The notes: a model not told the origin generated them from the sequence alone. A stretch of 64,000 nucleotides of DNA from Lentisphaerota bacterium (GCA_016873635.1 VGWJ01000012.1:197-64196); one strand, 5' to 3'. Numbered from the stretch's first letter, positions 20,841 through 30,923 are shown. Numbers and translations: made by a program.

Positions 20841-20929
20841 CCACCCCTCACCCACCCCCTCACCCCGGCCCTCTCCCCCGAGGGGAGAGGGAGGGGAGTT
20901 TGGATGGGGAGAGGGACGGGGTGAGGGGG
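20841..20929. repeat. C-tract/G-tract palindromic low-complexity element with G-quadruplex potential.
   Basis: CCCCTCACCC...CCCTCTCCCC-CGA-GGGGAGAGGG...GGGGTGAGGGGG forms a nested inverted repeat with a perfect 10-bp central hairpin at 20869-20891. It lies between convergent genes. Confidence 0.5.
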
Positions 20930-22069
20930 CTATTCGCCGCTCTTCCCCTCAACATCCGCTGGTTCCTGTTCAGCCGCCTCTTCCGTTTCCCGCGCGGGCG
21001 CGGTCATGGGCATGGGCGGCGTCTCCGGCAGCCGGGGCGCGTCGGGCGCGTAGTCGATCTTGGCTTTGTCCTTCAGATCCTGAACCAGGGCGGTAAGGTC
21101 GTCGCGCTGACGGCCGTTCCTGATCATGCTCTCCACGTTTTTCCGGGGAACACGGGTCTTCTCGGTGTGCTCAAGAACGTCGATGATGTGGTAGCCGAAC
21201 TTGGTCTCCACCACCGGACCGATCTCGCCCACTTTGCCGCCAAAAGCCGCCTCCTCAAACTCCGGCACCATTTGGCCGCGCTTGAACCGGCCCAGGTCGC
21301 CGCCCGTCTTCTTGCTGGGGCAGTCCGAGTTTTCCAGGGCCAGCTTGGCGAAATCCGCCCCTTCTGAGAGTTGTTTGCGAAGATCCTCCGCTTTGGCCTT
21401 CTTTGCGGCGCGGGCGGCCTCATCGTCGTCCTCGCCCGCGGCGATCAGGATGTGGCGGGCGTGGACGTTTTCGGGCACCATCAGGCGATCGCCGTGCTCC
21501 TTGTAGAAAGCCTCAACGTCCGTGTCGGTCACTTCCGCAGGGGTCGATCGGGCCGCCAGCAGCCTCTCGACCCTGATCTTGGTGACGATCTCGTCCCGCA
21601 TCTGCTCCTCGCCCATCGAGCTTTCCTTCATGATCTGCTCGACGGTCACGCCCGGCGGAAGCTGCTTGCCGATCTGCTCCAGCTCCTTGTCCACGTCTTC
21701 CTTGCCGGCAACGAGTCCCAGGCGGTCGGCTTCCTGCAGTAGAAGCGAACGGATGATGAACTGGTCGACGACGTAGGCCATCATGCGCGGCCGCATCTCG
21801 GCAAGCTGATCGGGCGACATCTGCCCCTGGATGGCGCGGAGCCTCTGGGCGGCTTCCTTCTCCGTCTCCGCCCGCGTCAGCCTGGCTTCGTTCACGGTGA
21901 CGAGCACGTCGTCAGGCTTGCCTTGCGAAAGGGCCTCGGCCGCGGGCGCCTTGCCCGTGGCCGGGGACACGGCCGCGGGAGCCTCCTCCTTCTTTCCGGC
22001 GCAGCCGCCCGCACCCAGCAGGGCCGCGGCGCAGAGCCAATTGAGCGTGTGGCGCGTTCGTTTCGTCAT
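20930..22069 (-). CDS. Parvulin-type peptidyl-prolyl cis-trans isomerase lipoprotein (PrsA/SurA-like).
   Basis: It has a lipobox (LLGAGGC) and a PpiC/rotamase domain (HARHILI...GGDLGRFKRGQMVPEFEEAAF). Confidence 0.75.
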   Translation of the reverse strand: MTKRTRHTLNWLCAAALLGAGGCAGKKEEAPAAVSPATGKAPAAEALSQGKPDDVLVTVNEARLTRAETEKEAAQRLRAIQGQMSPDQLAEMRPRMMAYVVDQFIIRSLLLQEADRLGLVAGKEDVDKELEQIGKQLPPGVTVEQIMKESSMGEEQMRDEIVTKIRVERLLAARSTPAEVTDTDVEAFYKEHGDRLMVPENVHARHILIAAGEDDDEAARAAKKAKAEDLRKQLSEGADFAKLALENSDCPSKKTGGDLGRFKRGQMVPEFEEAAFGGKVGEIGPVVETKFGYHIIDVLEHTEKTRVPRKNVESMIRNGRQRDDLTALVQDLKDKAKIDYAPDAPRLPETPPMPMTAPARETEEAAEQEPADVEGKSGE

Positions 22070-22093
22070 GCCGTGTCTCCTTGCTTTTCGCCT

Positions 22094-22912
22094 CTATTCC
22101 GTCCGCAGGGAAGCCATTTCGAGCGCGATACGGCGTCCGGGCGGCAGGAGATCAAGGTGGTAACTGAGAAACATACCAAGTATGCCGGATAACTCAAGCA
22201 TTTGCTGCTTCGAACAGCGGCTGCGCAAAGCGACGTCCGGCGAGGCGAAGCGCTGCCACTGTCGGAGCAGCGTCAGGGCGCCGCGGGACAGGGGCGCTTC
22301 GTGCGCGGCGCCTGACGCGTTCGCGCCCGATCGGCCCGAACGGCGCCGGCCCGCGCAGGACGGGCAGAGGAGACCGCCGCGAACGCACGAAAAGGCCGTT
22401 TCTCCCTGCGCCGGTCCGGCGAGGCCGGCGCCGCAGCCGGGGCAGACAGTCAGGCTGGGCGCCACGCCCAGGAGGCTGAGGATCTGGATCTCGAACCAGA
22501 AGATGAAAGCTTGCCGAGGCCGGCCGTGAGTGAGCGCGTCCAGGCCGGAGCTCAGGAGCGAATACAGTCCGGAGATATGGCCGCCCCGCGGCACGACGCG
22601 GCCCACGAGGGCGCACGCATAAGACGCGCAGGCGGCCGCGCGCCAGTCGCGTCGCAACGCCGCGCGCGGGTCCAGAGGGGCGCATTCGCGGGCTATGTGG
22701 AGTCCGTCCCGTTCGCGGGTGTAGAACACGAGTTCGCAGGTGTAGAAGAGGTCGTATTGCCCCAGGAACGTGCTGCGCGGACGCTGCGCGCCCTTGATCA
22801 CGGTCGAAAGCGAGCCGTGATCGCGCGTGAGCCAGGTGACGACGTGGGACGTGCGGGAAAAGGGTGCTACCCGCAGGACGAGGGCCTCGGTCTTCTCCAT
22901 GGGTTCCGGCAT
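22094..22912 (-). CDS. recO: DNA repair protein RecO.
   Basis: It has an N-terminal OB-fold (EALVLRVAPFSRTSHVV) and a C4 zinc motif (CPGC...CPSC). Confidence 0.75.
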   Translation of the reverse strand: MPEPMEKTEALVLRVAPFSRTSHVVTWLTRDHGSLSTVIKGAQRPRSTFLGQYDLFYTCELVFYTRERDGLHIARECAPLDPRAALRRDWRAAACASYACALVGRVVPRGGHISGLYSLLSSGLDALTHGRPRQAFIFWFEIQILSLLGVAPSLTVCPGCGAGLAGPAQGETAFSCVRGGLLCPSCAGRRRSGRSGANASGAAHEAPLSRGALTLLRQWQRFASPDVALRSRCSKQQMLELSGILGMFLSYHLDLLPPGRRIALEMASLRTE

Positions 22913-23080
22913 GCTGACAGCCTTCTACCCCGCCGCTTCGACGCTGCGTTCTCTCAGGTCGTCATGCACGGCCGTGTCCGTCCGGAGCGGCCGACTTGTC
23001 CGCCGAAGCTCCGCGGCATCGAAGGCGGCGCCGGCGTCGGATACGCGCGCGGACGCGGCGCGGATACGCTGTGCGCCGGG

Positions 23081-23569
23081 TCAACGCGCGCTCTTCTCGT
23101 CGATCAATTCCTCCAGCCATCCTTCCCGGCGCGCCCGGCGGAGCCATTCCAGCTCGCGCCGGCGCATGCGCGCGCGCGCCGCGGCCGACTTGTCCGTGGC
23201 GCCGCCCAGGTGGTTGCAGCCGTGGGCCACGTACAACGCCAGCTCGCGCGAAGGGGACCATCCGCGCGAGCGCGGCCCCGCCGCGAGCGCGCGTTGCACG
23301 TTGACGATCACCTCTCCCGTCGGACCGTCCTTTTCGCCGGGAATCGGATCCAGGCGAAAGGCGATGACGTCGGTCGCCTCGTCGCGTCCCAGGTACCGTC
23401 GGTTGATGTCCCGCATGCCGGCATCGTCGGTCAGGACCAGCGACACGGTTGTCCAGTCAGGCGACGTTGCCTGACGAGACGCCGGGGGCATCAGTCGCCG
23501 GACCAGCCTCTTTAGCCCTGAGACGTTCGGACGGCGGAGTCTTTGCCGGTTGCTTACTTCGACTCTCAT
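23081..23569 (-). CDS. ybeY: rRNA maturation endoribonuclease YbeY.
   Basis: It has the H..H....H metal motif (YVAHGCNHLGG). Its start overlaps the end of the upstream 7TM-HD gene. Confidence 0.75.
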   Translation of the reverse strand: MRVEVSNRQRLRRPNVSGLKRLVRRLMPPASRQATSPDWTTVSLVLTDDAGMRDINRRYLGRDEATDVIAFRLDPIPGEKDGPTGEVIVNVQRALAAGPRSRGWSPSRELALYVAHGCNHLGGATDKSAAARARMRRRELEWLRRARREGWLEELIDEKSAR

Positions 23570-25217
23570 TTTTCGGGTAGGGCACGCGTCCGTGCAGCAT
23601 GCTCGTGAGCGTGAAGACAAACGAGCGTTTGACGGCGTCGAGCTCGTTCAGCGTCAAGCCGGAGTTATCCAGCTGCCCGTCGATCAAGCGGCTGTTGACG
23701 ATGTCCTGGACCAGGTCCTTGAGGTGGCCCGGCGTGGTCTTCGTCGCGGACCGCGAGGCCGCCTCCACGGCGTCGGCCAGGCAGAGAATCGCCGTCTCCC
23801 TGCTGCTGGGCCTCGGGCCGGGATAGCGGAAAGCGGCGTCGTCCACCGCGCCCTTTCCGTTCGAAGGCGGGGCGACCTGGGTCTCGGGCTCCTCGCGCAA
23901 CCGTTCCTGCGCCTTGTGATGAAAATACGACAGAACGCCGGTCCCGTGATGTTCGCTGATTGCCCGGCGGATCACCTGGGGCAGCTTGTAGAGCACGGCC
24001 AGGCTGAGGCCTTCCTTGACGTGCGACGTGATCACCAGCGTGCTCATGCTGGGCGGAAGGGTGTCGTGGGGGTTGCTGCGATACTCGATGTTTTCGGAGA
24101 AGAACTCGGACTTGGTGAGTTTGCCCGCGTCGTGGAAGTAGGCGCCGACCCTGGCCAGCAGCCCGTTTGCGCCGATCTCGTCGGCCGCCGCCTGCGCCAG
24201 GTTGGCCACAACCAGACTGTGGTGGTACGTGCCGGGGGCCTCGATCGCGAGGCGCTGGAGAAGCGGATGGCTCAGGTCCGACAGCTCCAGAAGCGTGATG
24301 TCGGAGGTGAGATGGAATGCGGCTTCGAACACGGGCAGGATCAGGAGCACGACAAGCGCCGAGACGAAACCGCTTATCAGGCAGCTTCCGGCCTGCTGGA
24401 GCACGACCGCCGTCTCGGCTTCGCGCCAGTGAAGCGCGGTTAGCGCAAACACGGCCAGGGTCTCGGAGAGGCCGATGGCGAGGCCGGTGCGGATGACCCT
24501 GGAGCGGGTGCGCACGCTGCCGGCCATGCGCGCCGTGACCACCGTGGCCACCATGCCCGCGATGAAGGCCGGCAGGCCGCCGCCGGCCAGCAAGGCCAGG
24601 GCCAGCGAGGTCCACACGCCTACGGCGATGCCGACGGCCGCGTCGGCCAGGATTGTGGCCAGCAGCGGCGCCACGGCGAAGGGGAGAAGGAACTGCGCGG
24701 TCGTCAGCGGCAGCAACTCGGAGGAGACGAACAGGTAGAGAATGCCCTTGGCCGTCGCCACCGCGAGGGCCGACGCCAGGACCATCAGAAGCAGTTGCCG
24801 GTTTTCGAGGAGCAGACCCGGCCTGACGATCTCAAGAAAGACGCCGGTGGCGAAGAGGCTCACCAGCAGGATAGCCCCGTTGCCGGCCAGATTCAGAACA
24901 ACAGACGGGTGGGTTCGGCCGGACGCCAGCGCCTCCCAACCGAGGAGGACCACGACAACAAGCCAGAACAGGCCGGCAATGGCCGCCCCCGCGGCCGACG
25001 CCCCGCGGGAAGACGTGCTGCCGGCGGCGGCCCGGTCGGCCTGCTGCTGGCGCGCCCTGGTCTTGCGCGTTCTGACCCTGGAAATCGGACGGTCCACCGG
25101 ACGCCTCCGCTTCGCTCCCTTATCCAAACGCGGATTGCGGATTCGGGGCCTGGGGCGGCCCCGCCAAGAAAGAGTAACTGCTGCGGGCATACTATGCGCG
25201 GCGGCCGGCCTTGTCAC
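23457..25217 (-). CDS. 7TM-receptor HD-domain phosphohydrolase (YqfF/PgpH family).
   Basis: Seven TM helices are followed by a cytoplasmic HD domain (GAYFHDAGK...HHGT). It lies in the conserved ybeY neighbourhood. The start is uncertain. Confidence 0.7.
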   Translation of the reverse strand: MTRPAAAHSMPAAVTLSWRGRPRPRIRNPRLDKGAKRRRPVDRPISRVRTRKTRARQQQADRAAAGSTSSRGASAAGAAIAGLFWLVVVVLLGWEALASGRTHPSVVLNLAGNGAILLVSLFATGVFLEIVRPGLLLENRQLLLMVLASALAVATAKGILYLFVSSELLPLTTAQFLLPFAVAPLLATILADAAVGIAVGVWTSLALALLAGGGLPAFIAGMVATVVTARMAGSVRTRSRVIRTGLAIGLSETLAVFALTALHWREAETAVVLQQAGSCLISGFVSALVVLLILPVFEAAFHLTSDITLLELSDLSHPLLQRLAIEAPGTYHHSLVVANLAQAAADEIGANGLLARVGAYFHDAGKLTKSEFFSENIEYRSNPHDTLPPSMSTLVITSHVKEGLSLAVLYKLPQVIRRAISEHHGTGVLSYFHHKAQERLREEPETQVAPPSNGKGAVDDAAFRYPGPRPSSRETAILCLADAVEAASRSATKTTPGHLKDLVQDIVNSRLIDGQLDNSGLTLNELDAVKRSFVFTLTSMLHGRVPYPKNESRSKQPAKTPPSERLRAKEAGPATDAPGVSSGNVA

Positions 25218-25327
25218 TTGAAAAGAGATTGCGCGTCGTCCCGCAACCCGGCGCCAGAATGGCCCTTGACCGGCTCGGCTGTCTTGCGCACGATACGGGC
25301 CGTCTCGCGGTGCGGGACGCGGTTGTC

Positions 25328-26446
25328 ATGGACGCGAAACAGGTAATCCTCTGCTACGGCGATGACTTCGCGGCCGCCAAGGCGGGGCGCGAGTATGTCG
25401 ACGCTTTTGTCCCCGAGGCCGACCAGGTTTTCGGGCTGGAGACGATCGAGGCCCGCGTGGACACGGTGGCGGACGCCGTGACGGCCGTCGACCGCGCAAT
25501 TGAAGCCTTGCGCACCGTGGGTTTCATGGGCAAACGCAAGGCGGTCTGGCTGCGGGACGCCAGCTTCCTGAGCGACACGGCCGTCGGCAAGTCTGACGCG
25601 GTCAAGGACCGGCTCGCCGCTCTGGCCGGGCTGTTCAAGGGCGGCCTCGCGCCCGAACAGATGCTTGTCATAACCGCCGTTGCCGCGGACCAGCGCTTCG
25701 CCTTCTTCAAGGCCTGCAAGGCGGTCGGGACGCTGCGCGAGTTCGCGCTTCCCAAGAAAGACTTTGAGATCGCCAAGTACGCCCGGGCCGCCGCCGCCCA
25801 GGCGTTTCGAGCGGCGGGCCTGCAGGCCGAGGATGAAGTGCTGGAGGCTTTCGCCGACAAGGTCGGACCGGATCTGCGCCAGATCGCCAACGAAACGGAG
25901 AAGTTGTCCATTGCCGTCGGCGGACGGGGCCGTGTGACGGCCGAACGGGTGGAAACCCTGACCTGTTCGTCGCGCGACATTCCCGCCTGGGATCTGGCGG
26001 ACGCGGTGGGGGAGGGCGACGCCGGCAAGGCGATCAAGGTTTTGCGTCGCCTCCTGTTCCAGAGGCGGAATCCCATCGGGCTGGTCATCGGGCTTGAGAA
26101 CCGCGCGCGCGATCTGCTGCTTTACCGCGAAGCCATCGACCACGGGTGGCTGAAGGCCGGAGGTTTTGCCGCCGACCGGCGGTGGCACTGGGGCAACCTG
26201 CCCGATGAAGTGGCGCAGGCCTTTGCCGACCGGCTTGCGGCGGATCCGCGCAAGACACATCCGTACCGCACGGGCATTCTGGCGCGGCAGGCTTCCGGCT
26301 TCACGCGCCCGCACCTGGCGATGTGCTTCGAAGCCGCCTTGTCGGCGCACGAGAAGCTCGTGTCGAGCGCGGTTCCCGCGGCGGTCATCCTGGAAGTGCT
26401 GGTGCTGAGGATGAGCGCCGGCCGGGATCCGCGGGCGGCAGGCTGA
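25328..26446 (+). CDS. holA: DNA polymerase III delta subunit.
   Basis: It has delta-subunit N-terminal and C-terminal helical domains. The start was chosen at MDAKQVILCYGDD. Confidence 0.6.
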   Translation: MDAKQVILCYGDDFAAAKAGREYVDAFVPEADQVFGLETIEARVDTVADAVTAVDRAIEALRTVGFMGKRKAVWLRDASFLSDTAVGKSDAVKDRLAALAGLFKGGLAPEQMLVITAVAADQRFAFFKACKAVGTLREFALPKKDFEIAKYARAAAAQAFRAAGLQAEDEVLEAFADKVGPDLRQIANETEKLSIAVGGRGRVTAERVETLTCSSRDIPAWDLADAVGEGDAGKAIKVLRRLLFQRRNPIGLVIGLENRARDLLLYREAIDHGWLKAGGFAADRRWHWGNLPDEVAQAFADRLAADPRKTHPYRTGILARQASGFTRPHLAMCFEAALSAHEKLVSSAVPAAVILEVLVLRMSAGRDPRAAG

Positions 26447-26512
26447 ATGCTCCGGCGGCGCGTGTGTCGGCTTGACTTGTCGCGCCGTTCCGTCCTAGGC
26501 TGAAACGGTAAA

Positions 26513-26585
26513 GCCAACGTAGCTCAGTAGGCAGAGCAGGTCATTCGTAATGATCAGGTCGTCGGTTCGATTCCGACCGTTGGCT
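26513..26585 (+). tRNA. tRNA-Thr (anticodon CGT).
   Basis: It folds as a cloverleaf with acceptor GCCAACG/CGTTGGC, D-arm GCTC..GAGC, anticodon loop TTCGTAA and T-arm GTCGG-TTCGATT-CCGAC. No CCA is encoded. Confidence 0.85.
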
Positions 26586-26594
26586 CTCGCCTTC

Positions 26595-27695
26595 TCAGTT
26601 GGCCCGCCGGCCTTTCACGCCCTTTGTGCGGCTTGTGACGGCCCTGGCCTTCTCCCGCGGGCGCAGGTCGCGCACGGCCTTGCCCGCGCGCCACATTTCG
26701 GAGTCGCGCATTGCGGCCAGCTCGCGCGCGAGGCGTTCCTTGTAGTCGTCGGCGCCGCAGACGCGCAGCACGCGCGCGGTTTCCCTGCCTGACTTGACGC
26801 TGTCGTACAACTCGCTGAACAGGGGGGCCACGGCCTTTCTGAAGCGCGGTTTCCAGTCCAGCGCGCCGCGCTGGGCGGTCGCGGAACAGTTGGAGAACAT
26901 CCAGTCCATGCCGTTCTCGTCGACCAGCCGGATCAGGCTCTGCGTGAGCTCCTCCACGGTCTCGTTGAAGCTCTCGCTGGGCGAATGCCCGCGCCTGCGC
27001 AGCTCCGCGTACTGGGCTTCCATGACGCCGGCCAGGGCGCCCATGAGCACGCCGCGCTCGCCCGTCAGATCGCTGTGCACTTCGTGTTCGAACGTGGTCG
27101 GGAAGAGGTATCCCGAGCCGATGCCGATTCCGAGCGCCAGGCAGCGTTCCGTGGCCCGCCCGGTGGCGTCCTGGAAGACGGCGTAGCTGGAGTTGATGCC
27201 GGCCCCGGAAAGAAAATTGCGCCGCACCGAGGTGCCCGAGCCCTTGGGGGCGACCATGATAACGTCGACGTTGTCCGGCGGCACGACCCTGGTCTGATCC
27301 CGGTACACGATCGAAAAGCCGTGCGAGAAATACAGCGCATCGCCCGGATTGAGGCATTGCCTGATGAGCGGCCATATGGCGCGCTGGGCGGCGTCGGTAA
27401 CGAGCATCTGGACAACGGTGCCGCGGCGCGCCGCCTCGTCCAGCTCGAAAAGCGTCTTGCCGGGTTTCCAGCCGTCGGCGCAGGCGCGGTCCCAGTCGTC
27501 GTGAAAGCGCCTGGCCTGGCCGACGATGACGTTGAAACCGTTATCCTTCAGGTTCAGGGCCTGGGCCGGACCCTGCACGCCGTAGCCGATGATGGCGATC
27601 GTCTCGCCGGCAAGAACCTTGCGCGCCCTGGCCATGGGGAATTCCCCGCGCGTGACCACCTGCTCCTTGACCCCGCCGAAATCGATCAGCGCCAT
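26595..27695 (-). CDS. ilvC: Ketol-acid reductoisomerase.
   Basis: It has the Rossmann motif IAIIGYGVQGPAQALNLKDNG and a class I KARI core. Confidence 0.85.
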   Translation of the reverse strand: MALIDFGGVKEQVVTRGEFPMARARKVLAGETIAIIGYGVQGPAQALNLKDNGFNVIVGQARRFHDDWDRACADGWKPGKTLFELDEAARRGTVVQMLVTDAAQRAIWPLIRQCLNPGDALYFSHGFSIVYRDQTRVVPPDNVDVIMVAPKGSGTSVRRNFLSGAGINSSYAVFQDATGRATERCLALGIGIGSGYLFPTTFEHEVHSDLTGERGVLMGALAGVMEAQYAELRRRGHSPSESFNETVEELTQSLIRLVDENGMDWMFSNCSATAQRGALDWKPRFRKAVAPLFSELYDSVKSGRETARVLRVCGADDYKERLARELAAMRDSEMWRAGKAVRDLRPREKARAVTSRTKGVKGRRAN

Positions 27696-27901
27696 GTCCG
27701 TACCCTCCCGTGTGCTCATGCCTGCGGCGTCGCGCGGACGCCGCGTTCGCGTCAGGAAAGAGGCATCCTAGGCCGGAGCGCGGAGCAGTCAATGCTTTAA
27801 GCGCGCTTCCCTGCCGGCATGTTCGGCCGTTTTTTTGCGTTTGCCTGGCGCCCGCCCAGGGCCTAGTCTACGCTCCGCGGTAAGGGCGGGAGAAGGCCAC
27901 A

Positions 27902-28942
27902 GTGAGAATAATGGTAACGGGCGGCGCGGGGTTCATCGGCGGCAATTTCGTGCGCTACATGCTGGACACTTACGCGGACGCGGAAGTGGTCAACGTGGAC
28001 GCGCTCACCTATGCCGGGAACATGGAGAGCCTGGCCGACCTGGCCGCCGACCCGCGGCACGCTTTCGTCAAGGCCGACATCGCCTCCGCGTCCGAAATGG
28101 CCGCGGTGTTCGAGGCGCATGCCGTGGAAGCCGTGGTCAACTTCGCGGCCGAAAGTCACGTGGACCGCAGCCTGCACGTCGGCGCCGGGGCTTTCATCGC
28201 CACGAACGTGTCCGGGGTCCAGGTCCTGCTGGACGCGTGCCGGGAGCGCGGCGTCCGGCGTTTCCTGCAGATCTCCACCGACGAGGTCTACGGCAGCCTC
28301 GGGGCCGCGGGGCGCTTCACGGAGGAGTCGCCCATCCGGCCGAACAATCCCTATGCCGCGACCAAGGCGGGCGCCGATTTCCTGGTGCGGGCGGCCTGGA
28401 AATCGCACGGCCTGGACGCCGTGATCACCCGCTGCTCGAACAACTTCGGCCCCTATCAGTTTCCCGAGAAGCTCATTCCCCTGATGATCGTCAACGCCCT
28501 GGAGGACAGGCCGCTGCCGGTATACGGCGACGGGCTGCAGGTGCGCGACTGGATTTACGTGACCGACCATTGCGCGGCCATTGACGCCGTGCTGCGCCGC
28601 GCCGCGGCGGGACGCGTCTACAACATCGGCGGCAACCACGACGTCACGAATCTCAGCGTCGTCAGGCGGATACTGGCAATCCTGGGCAAGCCGGAGTCGC
28701 TCGTGCGGCACGTCACGGACCGGCCGGGACATGACCGGCGTTATGCGATGGATTCAACGCGCATCCGCGAGGACCTGGGATGGACGCCGCGCCACGCGTT
28801 CGAGGAGGCCCTGGACGCGACGGTGCGGTGGTATCTGGATCACGGGCCGTGGTGGCGGCGCGTGCGCAGCGGCGAGTACCGCGCCTACTATGAGCGGCTG
28901 TACGGCCGCCGCCTGGCCGAGGCGGGGGCGGCGGGGCCATGA
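27902..28942 (+). CDS. rfbB: dTDP-glucose 4,6-dehydratase.
   Basis: It has TGGAGFIG, the YAATKAGAD catalytic YxxxK motif, and the RmlB C-terminal region. Confidence 0.85.
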   Translation: MRIMVTGGAGFIGGNFVRYMLDTYADAEVVNVDALTYAGNMESLADLAADPRHAFVKADIASASEMAAVFEAHAVEAVVNFAAESHVDRSLHVGAGAFIATNVSGVQVLLDACRERGVRRFLQISTDEVYGSLGAAGRFTEESPIRPNNPYAATKAGADFLVRAAWKSHGLDAVITRCSNNFGPYQFPEKLIPLMIVNALEDRPLPVYGDGLQVRDWIYVTDHCAAIDAVLRRAAAGRVYNIGGNHDVTNLSVVRRILAILGKPESLVRHVTDRPGHDRRYAMDSTRIREDLGWTPRHAFEEALDATVRWYLDHGPWWRRVRSGEYRAYYERLYGRRLAEAGAAGP

Positions 28943-29472
28943 ACGAAAAAACGCTTGCGGCCCGCAGGGTGTTTGACGGCCGGCTCCTCAAGGTTGAAGT
29001 TCTTGACGTGGAGCTCTCCGGCGGCGCGCGCGGCACCAGGGATATCGTGCGCCATCCGGGCGCGGCGGCGGCGCTGGTGGAACTGGGCGACGGGAGCTTC
29101 GTTCTGGTGCGGCAGTACCGCAAGGCCGTGGAGGAGGCGCTGCTGGAGATCGTGGCCGGCACGCTGGAGCCCGGCGAGGACCCGGAGGCGTGCGCCGAAC
29201 GCGAGGTGCGTGAGGAGACCGGCTATGCCGTGACCGATATGCGGCGGCTGGGAGATGTGTTCCTGGCGCCGGGCTACTCGTCCGAGCGGATCCACCTGTT
29301 CCACGCCGTGGCGAGCGGGGCGCGGGGCGCGGCCCGCCAGGAGGATGACGAGCGCGTGGAACCGGTGGTGCTGCGCAGAGATGAACTCCAGTCGATGATG
29401 GCCGACGGGCGGATCCGCGATGCCAAGACGCTTGCGGCATGGCTGCTCTATGTGACGCGGGGGGCGGTATGA
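28939..29472 (+). CDS. NUDIX hydrolase (ADP-ribose pyrophosphatase-like).
   Basis: It has the Nudix box GTLEPGEDPEACAEREVREETG. Its start overlaps the rfbB stop. Confidence 0.7.
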   Translation: MNEKTLAARRVFDGRLLKVEVLDVELSGGARGTRDIVRHPGAAAALVELGDGSFVLVRQYRKAVEEALLEIVAGTLEPGEDPEACAEREVREETGYAVTDMRRLGDVFLAPGYSSERIHLFHAVASGARGAARQEDDERVEPVVLRRDELQSMMADGRIRDAKTLAAWLLYVTRGAV

Positions 29473-30923
29473 ACATGAAAGGCGTCAAAGAGGCGGTGCG
29501 ACAGTTCTCGCATTTCATGCGCGAGGATGTGTGGGACGTCGAGCTGAGCGTCCTGTCTCCCCTGCGCGCGGCCTGGTTCCGGACGATCCGGGTTGGCTGG
29601 ATCGTGCTGCGCGGCTTCCGGCAGGATCAGTGTCCGCTGCATGCGGCTTCGCTCACCTTCTCGACGCTGATGGCCGTCGTGCCGATCCTGGCTTTTTCGC
29701 TGGCCGTGGCGCGGGGGCTGGGCGGCGCCGAGACCGCCAAGACCCGCATTCGCGAGGCGGTGGCCGACTGGACGCGGCGTTTTGAAGCCGGAGCGGCCGA
29801 CGCGCGCGGCGTCCCGGGGGAGACGGAGATCGCGGCCGGCCCGGCGGAGCCAGCCGCGGAGGACGACGCGCTGCACCTGGCCGCCCAGATCAACGATCTC
29901 GTGGACCAGGCCTTCGAGAAAGTCGAGAACATCAACTTCACCGGCCTGGGCGCGCTGGGCCTGGTGCTGCTGCTCTGGATGGTGATCTCGGTTTTGGGCC
30001 GCGTGGAGAACGCCTTCAACCGCGTGTGGGGCGTGACGGTCGGCCGGCCCGTGCTGCGGAAGGTCACCGACTACCTCAGCGTTCTGTTCATACTGCCGCT
30101 TCTGGCCCTGGCGGCGACATCGATGCCCGTGGCCGACTTCGCGACCCGTTTTCTTTCCGGGCCGGCGGCCATGCGCGTGAGCGGCATCCTGGCGTCGGGG
30201 GCCCTGAAGCAGTTTACGGTCCTGGCCATGACCACGCTGTGCTTCACCTTCATGATCATGTTCATGCCGAACACGCAGGTCAGAGCCAGGGCGGGATTGA
30301 CGGGCGGCTTGTTGACGGCGCTTCTGTTCATCGGGTGGCTGGCGGCCTGCGCGGCGTTGCAGGTGGGGGTCGCCCGCATGGGCAGGATATACGGAAGCTT
30401 CGCCGTGGTGCCGATCCTGATCACGTGGGTCTACGTCAGCTGGCAGATCGTGCTGTTCGGCGCCGAAGTGGCTTTTGCGGTGCAGAACTGCGCCACGTAC
30501 CGTCTCGAAGAAGGGGCGCGTCAGGCCAGCGTGCGCGGGCGCATGATGCTGGCTTTGTCGGTCATGGCCGAAGCGGCGCGCGCCATGGCGGAAGGAGACA
30601 GGGGATTCGAGGCTTCCTCGTTCGCCGCGCGCAAGCGTGTTCCGGTGCGTCTGCTCAATGCCGTGCTGGACGAACTGGTGCGATCGAACCTGCTGGCGGA
30701 GCTGTCGGGGACGCGCGGCCGCTTTGTGCTTCTGCGCGCGCCGGGGGACCTGACCGTAAAGGAGGTCGTCGACGCCATGCTCGGGACCGGACGCGAGCCC
30801 GCCGTGTCCGGATTGCGCTCCGAGGATCCGCGCATCGAAGCCGTGTTGAAGAAGGCCGAGCAGGGCATCGGACAGTCGCTGGACCGGGTGACGATCGCGG
30901 AACTGCTGCGGGAGGAGGGCTAG
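29469..30923 (+). CDS. YihY/BrkB-family inner membrane protein with a C-terminal cytoplasmic domain.
   Basis: It has six TM helices typical of YihY. Its ATG overlaps the NUDIX stop (ATGA). Confidence 0.65.
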   Translation: MNMKGVKEAVRQFSHFMREDVWDVELSVLSPLRAAWFRTIRVGWIVLRGFRQDQCPLHAASLTFSTLMAVVPILAFSLAVARGLGGAETAKTRIREAVADWTRRFEAGAADARGVPGETEIAAGPAEPAAEDDALHLAAQINDLVDQAFEKVENINFTGLGALGLVLLLWMVISVLGRVENAFNRVWGVTVGRPVLRKVTDYLSVLFILPLLALAATSMPVADFATRFLSGPAAMRVSGILASGALKQFTVLAMTTLCFTFMIMFMPNTQVRARAGLTGGLLTALLFIGWLAACAALQVGVARMGRIYGSFAVVPILITWVYVSWQIVLFGAEVAFAVQNCATYRLEEGARQASVRGRMMLALSVMAEAARAMAEGDRGFEASSFAARKRVPVRLLNAVLDELVRSNLLAELSGTRGRFVLLRAPGDLTVKEVVDAMLGTGREPAVSGLRSEDPRIEAVLKKAEQGIGQSLDRVTIAELLREEG

